A DNA stretch of 32,000 nucleotides, taken from NCBI GenBank assembly GCA_964653075.1, contig CAZZAX010000044.1, forward strand, positions 6,877-38,876, written 5' to 3'. Below are positions 24,155-30,895 of the stretch, piece by piece. Each line of letters starts with the position of its first letter. Position 1 is the first letter of the stretch. The DNA comes from an uncultured Pirellulales bacterium (GTDB lineage Bacteria; Planctomycetota; Phycisphaerae; Sedimentisphaerales; Anaerobacaceae). The position numbers and the translations under genes were made by a program. The notes beneath the pieces are model-generated. The model searched no databases, had not been told where the DNA came from, and saw only the letters and a program-made list of their open reading frames with translations.

Positions 24155-24694
24155 ATGCTTGATATAAAAAACTGTTGTTTGGTGGTTGTTGACGTTCAGG
24201 GCAAGCTCGCCAGGTTGATGTATGACAAGCAGGTACTATACAAAAACGTCCAAATTCTCATCGAAGCTGCTAAAATCCTCAATGTCCCAATCCTCTGGTG
24301 TCAGCAATGCCCCGATGCCCTTGGCCCGACGATACCTGAAATAGCACAGCTTCTGACAGACAGTGAGCCAATAGACAAGTCGGCTTTCAGTTGCTGCGGC
24401 GCCCAGCAGTTCAATATTAAGCTGAATGACTTAAAACGACAGCAGGTTCTATTGTGCGGCATAGAAACACACGTCTGTATTTATCAAACGGCGGTTGATT
24501 TGCTTGCCAAAGGTTTTAGTGTGGATGTGGTTGCAGATGCTGTCTCTTCGAGAACACCGGAGAACAAACAGATTGCGATAAACAAAATGGCTGCTGAAGG
24601 AATAAATATCAGTTGCACAGAGATGGCTTTATTCGAGCTGCTCCGGACCGCCGAACACCCCCAATTCAAACAAATAGCCACGCTGATAAAATAA
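24155..24694 (+). CDS. Isochorismatase-family (cysteine) hydrolase
   Basis: 179 aa. The catalytic triad context is CLVVVDVQ (Asp), IDKSAFS (Lys) and LLCGIETHVCIYQTAVDL (Cys). Confidence 0.85.
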   Translation: MLDIKNCCLVVVDVQGKLARLMYDKQVLYKNVQILIEAAKILNVPILWCQQCPDALGPTIPEIAQLLTDSEPIDKSAFSCCGAQQFNIKLNDLKRQQVLLCGIETHVCIYQTAVDLLAKGFSVDVVADAVSSRTPENKQIAINKMAAEGINISCTEMALFELLRTAEHPQFKQIATLIK

Positions 24695-24745
24695 GCTTCT
24701 TTTTTTCCACTGCAATACTACGCGTTTAAACCTGTGGAAATTTAC

Positions 24746-25201
24746 TCAATGTAAATTCGCCTCGAATTCTGTAAGGTTATCAAGGATGCGTTCTAAATCA
24801 TTTTCGAAACGGTCGATTTGACTTCTTGAAAATTGTTTATAAAACAGCCTTGTCATTTCTTCTGAAACTTCGACATATTTTTTCTCCATTGCCCTGTCTT
24901 TTTCCGTGCGTTTTATCAGGATTTTTCGTCTGTCTTCTTTAGAATGTATGCGCTTGATATAGCCCAGTTTCGCGAGCCTGTCGAGCATACTCGTGAGGGT
25001 CGATTTTTTCAGTTGCGTTTTTTTCGCGAGCTCGTTGATTGGTATGCCGTCTTTTTGCCATAGTGCAAACATAATCCTGCCCTGGGCGGGGTTGATTTCG
25101 ATGCCGTACTGCTTCAACCTGCGAACGAAGATTCTCTCGCCGACCTGACGTATCTTGGCCATCAGGAAACCTGCCTGGCTTTGTTCCTTCATTTTTTTCA
25201 T
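24746..25201 (-). CDS. MarR-family transcriptional regulator
   Basis: 151 aa. Winged-HTH core: INPAQGRIMFALWQKDGIPINELAKKTQLKKSTLTSMLDRLAKLGYIKRIHSKEDRRKILIKRTEKD. It has an ATGA overlap with the upstream gene. Confidence 0.9.
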   Translation of the reverse strand: MKKMKEQSQAGFLMAKIRQVGERIFVRRLKQYGIEINPAQGRIMFALWQKDGIPINELAKKTQLKKSTLTSMLDRLAKLGYIKRIHSKEDRRKILIKRTEKDRAMEKKYVEVSEEMTRLFYKQFSRSQIDRFENDLERILDNLTEFEANLH

Positions 25202-25662
25202 TTTAGCTTAAACTCAAAAGCTCCTTCCTTATACCAACCCTTTGCCCACTCAGGCAATAACTTCAGTATAATAAATTCGGGATCTTCGGGTCCGCCGGGC
25301 CAATGCATCTTCCACTCATCCTGCCAGATTCGTTTCTTTAAGTCCGCATCATCTATTTCCTCGGCATTACCTACGAGCAATAACGTATGAAACTCTGCAG
25401 AATTGCAGAAATAAACGGACACCTTCGAATTGGCACGAATGTGCTGCATCTTATCAGAAGAATGGCCGGTAAGCATATAGATCAGAAAATCTTCATTGTG
25501 TTCGGCAAACAACTCTTCTGCGATTCGACATTGTTCCTTATTTCGTAGATTGCCCATCACACGCGTCTGCGGAAAGCCGTCGCTGCCGAGAGTACTTAGA
25601 TACACAGCATCAGCCGTTTGTATTAGCTTCAAACATTCTTGTTTTAGTTCTTTTTCTTCCAT
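25198..25662 (-). CDS. Pyridoxamine 5'-phosphate oxidase-like FMN-binding split-barrel protein (general stress protein 26-like)
   Basis: 154 aa. The pattern VYLSTLGSDGFPQTRVM...VSVYF...GNAEEIDD...K..IW is typical of the family. The call is at family level only. Confidence 0.75.
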   Translation of the reverse strand: MEEKELKQECLKLIQTADAVYLSTLGSDGFPQTRVMGNLRNKEQCRIAEELFAEHNEDFLIYMLTGHSSDKMQHIRANSKVSVYFCNSAEFHTLLLVGNAEEIDDADLKKRIWQDEWKMHWPGGPEDPEFIILKLLPEWAKGWYKEGAFEFKLK

Positions 25663-25703
25663 TTTTTCAGGTCCTTTCTTTATAAAAGAAAAACATGATT
25701 TTG

Positions 25704-26102
25704 TTAATTTTCCAATGATTCTCGGATTTTGAGCAGGTTTTCCTTTCCGAGAAATGGCTTGATAAACGAATCATAATCCTCTTCAGGAATATTTGACAGG
25801 TCCTTGACGTTCTCCTCAACGAAATTCATTTTTGGCTTAAGTTTATCACAGGCGAATTGCTCACAATGGGCACAATTTTCAAGGTCTTTTTCAATCGCAC
25901 AAGGTCTGGCAGAACAAGTCTCATCGCCGCCGCCGGCTACACATCCTGAACAGCTTTTAATCGCTTCAGGTGGTACATCAAAGCCGCAATACTTGTTCCA
26001 GGCATCAATCATTCTTTGCTTGTCGGCATCTGATTTAAGATTAGTCTCATATGCCGGGCATAAATCACACCTGTATCCGCATTTTGATATTATTGATTCC
26101 AT
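25704..26102 (-). CDS. DUF3795 cysteine-rich protein
   Basis: The ORF is trimmed to ATG 26102, which follows AAAGGAG. The sequence MESIISKCGYRCDLCPAY...CSGC...CSARPCAIEKDLENCAHCEQFACDKL matches the DUF3795 Cys spacing as I recall it. Confidence 0.75.
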   Translation of the reverse strand: MESIISKCGYRCDLCPAYETNLKSDADKQRMIDAWNKYCGFDVPPEAIKSCSGCVAGGGDETCSARPCAIEKDLENCAHCEQFACDKLKPKMNFVEENVKDLSNIPEEDYDSFIKPFLGKENLLKIRESLEN

Positions 26103-26154
26103 TTTTGTATCTCCTTTTAGTATTTCCAATTATTATTTACTTTTTCCTCTGGGT

Positions 26155-27216
26155 CTATTTCTCTTTGAATAATCCCGCGCCAAGTTCACTACCTAATGTA
26201 CCAGGGACAACATGCAGGTAGTTTCTTGTTGTTTTGTCTTTTACCAAAACTGCTTGACCTTCTTTGGTTACATTTTTTTCTTTGTAAATTACCTCTGGCC
26301 CAGTCTGGCCAGCCGGCCCGCTCGCCACGCCATATCCTGACCAGTATTTGTTCCCAATAACGACACACTTTTCTATCTTATACCTCTGACGGTCACTGTG
26401 TTTTCTCATCCAAAAATATTCGCTGCCGGTGATAATGTTGTTGTGGAACTCAAAATCTTCGGTCGTCTGGCAGGTCCAGACACCAGAAGTGTAGGCGCCG
26501 TCGACGATACAGTATCTCATTGCGCAGGCGTAACCTCCAATTTCATCCAGGCCATCCCAGAAAACTACACACGCTCCGCAATCTTTAAAAATACAATGGT
26601 CAACTACAAACCTGTCACCTGTCGCCAGAGCTGCACAGTAAATATTCAGCCCATCTTTGTTACCTACAAACACACACTGTGTTACAACCAGGTCATCCAG
26701 TTTCTTACCGATGCGCTCAACACAACAATGCCAATTCTTTATCAGGGGATTGCCGAGGAACTTTAATCCCTGTATTGTCACATGGCTGGTCTTGACCTTT
26801 ATGCTGTATGTTTCTGTCAGTTTATCAGACTCTCCCAGCTTTCGAGGGTCCTCAGCAGACAATATGACAGGCATCAGTGCCGGTTTCCACTGTGGCTCGT
26901 CGGGCAGGACGGTGGCTTCTATTATAAGCCGTTTTTCTTTTGTGTATGTGCGGCTATTTTCGAAAACTACTGTTTCAGCAAGAGTATACACTCCCGGTGC
27001 TACTTTGATGGTTGTCGGACCCGGCTTTTTTGAGCTATTGACCAGTTTTGCTGCCTTGCTGATTGTCTTAAGTGGTTTTTCTTTTGTACCGGGATTTGTG
27101 TCATTGCCGTTTGTGCCGTTTACAAAAAGCACCTCAGCGATTACCCCCGGGGCCAAAATTGCAATAAACAGGATCACAAAGATAAACCGATAATTCATAA
27201 TACCTCTTAGTCTCAT
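26155..27216 (-). CDS. Secreted right-handed beta-helix-like protein (DUF1565-type N-terminus), Cys-rich
   Basis: The ORF is trimmed to ATG 27216, which follows GGAGAAAGGAG. It has a signal/anchor sequence MRLRGIMNYRFIFVILFIAILAPGVIA. The sequence LFVNGTNGNDTNPGTKEKPLKTISKAAKLV is typical of parallel beta-helix proteins. Repetitive V/I-x-G/N-C turns follow. Confidence 0.7.
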   Translation of the reverse strand: MRLRGIMNYRFIFVILFIAILAPGVIAEVLFVNGTNGNDTNPGTKEKPLKTISKAAKLVNSSKKPGPTTIKVAPGVYTLAETVVFENSRTYTKEKRLIIEATVLPDEPQWKPALMPVILSAEDPRKLGESDKLTETYSIKVKTSHVTIQGLKFLGNPLIKNWHCCVERIGKKLDDLVVTQCVFVGNKDGLNIYCAALATGDRFVVDHCIFKDCGACVVFWDGLDEIGGYACAMRYCIVDGAYTSGVWTCQTTEDFEFHNNIITGSEYFWMRKHSDRQRYKIEKCVVIGNKYWSGYGVASGPAGQTGPEVIYKEKNVTKEGQAVLVKDKTTRNYLHVVPGTLGSELGAGLFKEK

Positions 27217-27238
27217 TTTAGTTTCTCCTTTCTCCAAA

Positions 27239-27277
27239 ATATAGTTTTATATAAGATAGTACTATATAGAACTATAT
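27239..27277. promoter_or_regulatory. Nested AT-rich dyads upstream of the beta-helix/DUF3795/PNPOx/MarR operon (candidate MarR operator)
   Basis: - ATATAGTT (27239-27246) pairs with AACTATAT (27270-27277).
- Perfect palindrome ATAGTACTAT at 27256-27265.
- TATAGaaCTATA at 27265-27276.

All lie 23-61 nt upstream of the operon start codon. Confidence 0.3.
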
Positions 27278-27499
27278 TCAAGTTTATTCTTACATTTTTC
27301 CCCAAGATTTTTGCGGCTGGATCATAAATATTTTTCTTAACAGTAGTTTTTAAATGCGAAATCGCCGTTTTTCCCAAAATTTCGATGTTTTTTTTGTAAG
27401 AAAGAGCAATTTCTAAATATTTCTTCGTAATAATTAATAATATTTATTGATAAATTAAGAATATTAATTATTTTGCATATATTGATTGTATATTGTGAT

Positions 27500-27886
27500 A
27501 TGAGTGATAAAAAAGAACAATTAAGTCTGCCTGCCGGGTGTCCGCTTTGTAATGGAGCTATCGAGGTTACTCAAATAAGATGCACAGAATGCAGCAGCGA
27601 AATCAAAGGCTCATTCAAAGCAGAGGGCATGTCTATGCTGCCTGCTGAATATCAAAAATTTATAACCGTTTTTCTTAGGCACAGGGGCAATATCAAGGCT
27701 GTAGAAAAGGAGCTTGGTATTTCATATCCGACGATAAACAAAATGCTCGACAGCATCAACACGATGTTGGGTGCCACCGCAACTACCCAGGAAAAACCGC
27801 TGACCAGAAAAGAAATTCTCGATTCTATAGAGCGCGGCGAGATGAGCGTGAAAGACGCCACATTTATTCTAAAAAGCCGCAAATAA
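27500..27886 (+). CDS. DUF2089 protein (N-terminal zinc ribbon + C-terminal HTH)
   Basis: The ORF is trimmed to ATG 27500 (MSDKKE...). The sequence CPLCNGAIEVTQIRCTECSSEIKGSF...YQKFITVFLRHRGNIKAVEKELGISYPTINKMLDSI matches DUF2089 as I recall it. The start is uncertain because there is no clear Shine-Dalgarno. Confidence 0.75.
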   Translation: MSDKKEQLSLPAGCPLCNGAIEVTQIRCTECSSEIKGSFKAEGMSMLPAEYQKFITVFLRHRGNIKAVEKELGISYPTINKMLDSINTMLGATATTQEKPLTRKEILDSIERGEMSVKDATFILKSRK

Positions 27887-27901
27887 ATAAGAGGTAAAAA
27901 A

Positions 27902-28741
27902 ATGTCAGAGATATTTCCAAAAGTATATGCCGTCTTTTTTGCCGTCCAACTCATTATACTCCTGATTGTCTATGTTATCTTTCGGTTCAAAAACAGACAA
28001 AAAGTGCTTACTAACTTATGTTTTTCTGTTCTTGTCGTAGCGGCACTGACACTACTTCTATTATGCTTTAAAATATACACTATTGCTCGTATTTCCTATG
28101 TCGACCAGCAGGAATATGTAGCCGGGACTTTCATAGTGGCTATACCATTCATATTGATCCTGATAGTAAAATTCCTCGCGTCTTTGTTGAGAGAGATTGC
28201 CTCCAGACAGAAACCCACCAGCCCGGAAAGAGCACGAATTCTCCGAATGATGGAAGAGGGCAAAATCACAGCCGAGGAAGGTGGCGATCTGCTTGAAGCC
28301 ATGGGCAGATCGAATGCAATGCTGGGACAGGACAGCTTCTCTCGACTCGATATGGCGATGCTTTGTGGTGTGGCACTCGTAGTTATGGGTTTTTTCCTGC
28401 CGTGGATTTATGTTCGCGTCCCGATTTCCAGGATGCAGTTTATTAGTGATATATTTAGACAAATTACAGCGTACCAGGCAGGATATCACACTGGCGCTAT
28501 TGGCTGGACAATATTCGCCATTGCGTTAGTAACCTTAGTACCTGTATTCGTGACGCCGAAAAATCTCCTGTATAAAATCTCGATTTTGCATATTTTCCTG
28601 TCGCTCGTCGGACTACTGCTGGTACTTATTACCTTGCTGCGCGTAGGTAGTCATTTTGGTATAGGCATCATCGTTTGTGCTGTCGGATTCACGATTGAGT
28701 TAATCGCATCGGGAGCGAAATTCAAGCATCTGGCAGCCTGA
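27902..28741 (+). CDS. Polytopic membrane protein with a central SHOCT-like / LiaX-YvlB N-terminal-type motif
   Basis: 279 aa with a GAGGTAAAAAA Shine-Dalgarno. About 3 N-terminal TM helices are followed by a cytoplasmic RARILRMMEEGKITAEEGGDLLEAMG motif and about 4 C-terminal TM helices. Confidence 0.75.
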   Translation: MSEIFPKVYAVFFAVQLIILLIVYVIFRFKNRQKVLTNLCFSVLVVAALTLLLLCFKIYTIARISYVDQQEYVAGTFIVAIPFILILIVKFLASLLREIASRQKPTSPERARILRMMEEGKITAEEGGDLLEAMGRSNAMLGQDSFSRLDMAMLCGVALVVMGFFLPWIYVRVPISRMQFISDIFRQITAYQAGYHTGAIGWTIFAIALVTLVPVFVTPKNLLYKISILHIFLSLVGLLLVLITLLRVGSHFGIGIIVCAVGFTIELIASGAKFKHLAA

Positions 28742-28871
28742 TAAAGCTGACTTCTTGCTTGCTGTCATTTCTGCTGGATCAACTTTTATCGCCTTTTTAG
28801 GTAGATTTTCCGCCAAATTCAATTATTTAGCAGCGATGAGCAAAAATATTTAATATTTTTTTATTTTTCCC

Positions 28872-28901
28872 TTGACATATTCGACAAGTGTCGAATATAC
28901 T
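28872..28901 (+). promoter_or_regulatory. Promoter (TTGACA-N18-TATACT) with an embedded 10+10 bp dyad, candidate BlaI-family operator
   Basis: TTGACA at 28872-28877 and TATACT at 28896-28901. The perfect inverted repeat ATATTCGACA-ag-TGTCGAATAT (28877-28898) fills the spacer. Its core ACAnnTGT is the half-site arrangement of BlaI/MecI/CopY boxes. An AAGGAG Shine-Dalgarno at 28918 and the ATG at 28932 follow. Confidence 0.55.
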
Positions 28902-28931
28902 CTAATAATATAGAATAAGGAGATATAAGAT

Positions 28932-29360
28932 ATGCCGAAGCCGGGAAAAATAAAGAATTCCAGCGGGAGAAAGTCCGCCGTGGAGCTAACCGAAGCCGAA
29001 TGGGAAATAATGAAGGTGGTCTGGGAAAAGGAGCCTTGTGCGGCCGGCACCGTTCAGGAAACGCTGGCCAAAAGCAGAGACCGCGCTTACAGCACAGTAA
29101 AGACCATAATGGACAGGATGGCCGAGAAAGGATTTCTTAAAATAGAAAAAATCCGCAACCTTCAGCTTTTCCACTCATGCATAAGTCAAGTCGATGCCAA
29201 GCGAGGGGAATTCCGCAGGATGCTCAAGCGGGCATTTGACGGGGCCCTTACACCTATGATGCAGTTTTTGATTGAGCACGAAGGCCTGTCAAAAAAGCAG
29301 GCATCAGAGCTTCGCAGGCTTGTAAACAAGACTGAAAATAAAAAGACCGACCGTAAATAA
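28932..29360 (+). CDS. BlaI/MecI/CopY-family transcriptional repressor
   Basis: 142 aa. Penicillinase-repressor winged helix: LTEAEWEIMKVVWEKEPCAAGTVQETLAKSRDRAYSTVKTIMDRMAEKGFLK. Confidence 0.9.
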   Translation: MPKPGKIKNSSGRKSAVELTEAEWEIMKVVWEKEPCAAGTVQETLAKSRDRAYSTVKTIMDRMAEKGFLKIEKIRNLQLFHSCISQVDAKRGEFRRMLKRAFDGALTPMMQFLIEHEGLSKKQASELRRLVNKTENKKTDRK

Positions 29361-29389
29361 ATCAATAAACTAAATTGGGAGGTCAAAAG

Positions 29390-30895
29390 ATGAACGAGAT
29401 AATTAACAGTTGTTTGATGGCTTTGAACATTGTTGGTCGCGTGTTTTGTGGTTATGCCGGAAGTATATTTATTCAGTCCGCCGTGCTGATTGTTTTACTG
29501 TTGCTCATTGATTTGCTCATACGAAAGCGTGTAAGAGCAACTTTTAGATACTGGATATGGATGTTGGTATTTATAAAACTTGTTTTGCCTCCGACACTTT
29601 CTTTACCGACAGGTGTCGGATATTGGTGTGGAGATTGTTTATATTCAGACTCATCAGTTTTAAAGCAGACATCGACTATAGCACAACAAGAATCCATCGA
29701 AATACCGGCAATACAGGAACTCCCAGAGTCTGCTGAAATGCCTTTCATAAATGAGTCTTTGGATTCTGCCGGGATAACCATATCTCAAAATGTTATCAAT
29801 TTTGCTGATGTGTCCCAAATTCCCCCGTCTCAGACCAGGATTGAAACGACAGTACCAGCATTACCTGAAAATCCGGTTCTGAATCCTATTACCTGGCAGG
29901 CGGTTGTCTTCCTAATCTGGCTTGTAGGCGTATTGGTTATTTCGGTTTTTCTTATTCAGCGTATGTTATTTGTCAAAGGATTGATTGCTCGAAGTGAGCC
30001 TTCCGGTGAAAGACTGGCCCAGGTGCTGAATCGGTGTCGGCGGCAGGTTAATATTCACCGTAATATTGAATTAAGACTGTCGAACAACATATCCGGTCCT
30101 GCCGTCTGCGGTCTTATTAAGCCGGTCATCTTAATGCCCGCCGCTCTTGATGGCAAATTACCACCGGAGAAACTAAGAGCCGTTTTGATTCACGAGCTGG
30201 CCCATCTCAAAAGAGGCGATTTATGGATCAACCTAATTCAGACTGTTCTGCAAATAATTTATTTTTACAATCCGTTTGTATGGCTTGTAAACGCCGTGGT
30301 GCATAATACTCGTGAACAGGCTGTTGATGAAATGGTCCTTGTCGCCCTTGGCAATGAAGCTCGAAGTTACAGCAATACTCTTATTGATATTGCTGAGATG
30401 GCGTTTTTAAGAACGAGTCTGTCTCTGCGTCTTATCGGCGTAGTAGAATCAAAAAAAGCATTACGCAGGAGGATTAAAATCATGTTAAATCGACCAGTAC
30501 CAAAAAATGCAAAACTCGGTATCCTTGGCTTGATCGTTGTTGTTGTTGCAGGTGCAGTGCTACTGCCTATGGCTAAAGCACAGAAACGATCAGTTGACAA
30601 CACTCCGTCCGTTTTGGATTTGGACAAAGATGGACTGGAGAATCAATTGGAGGCAAAACTTGGCACGAATCCTGAGATATCTGACACTGATAATGATGGC
30701 CTTTCCGACTACGATGAATACTGCAAGTATCGCACAGATCCCACGAAGAAAGATAGCGATAGTGATGGCAAACCGGATGGCGATTGGCAGGAACGGAGGG
30801 AATATACCTATACTATACGGGCTATCTGTGAGATCAGGTCCCCATCGAACATGGAAATGATAAACGATTTATATCAGGATGCACGCCCCTTTTAA
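29390..30895 (+). CDS. BlaR1-like M56 peptidase-domain signal transducer with TSP3-like calcium-binding repeats; the frame ends at a T4A5 run and is probably truncated
   Basis: The ORF is trimmed to ATG 29390, which follows GGGAGG. It has N-terminal TM helices and the zinc motif LIHELAHLKRGD. After a late TM helix (LGILGLIVVVVAGAVLLPMA) comes DLDKDGLENQLEAKLGTNPEISDTDNDGLSDYDE...DSDSDGKPDGDW. The stop is TAA at 30893-30895. Confidence 0.85.
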   Translation: MNEIINSCLMALNIVGRVFCGYAGSIFIQSAVLIVLLLLIDLLIRKRVRATFRYWIWMLVFIKLVLPPTLSLPTGVGYWCGDCLYSDSSVLKQTSTIAQQESIEIPAIQELPESAEMPFINESLDSAGITISQNVINFADVSQIPPSQTRIETTVPALPENPVLNPITWQAVVFLIWLVGVLVISVFLIQRMLFVKGLIARSEPSGERLAQVLNRCRRQVNIHRNIELRLSNNISGPAVCGLIKPVILMPAALDGKLPPEKLRAVLIHELAHLKRGDLWINLIQTVLQIIYFYNPFVWLVNAVVHNTREQAVDEMVLVALGNEARSYSNTLIDIAEMAFLRTSLSLRLIGVVESKKALRRRIKIMLNRPVPKNAKLGILGLIVVVVAGAVLLPMAKAQKRSVDNTPSVLDLDKDGLENQLEAKLGTNPEISDTDNDGLSDYDEYCKYRTDPTKKDSDSDGKPDGDWQERREYTYTIRAICEIRSPSNMEMINDLYQDARPF

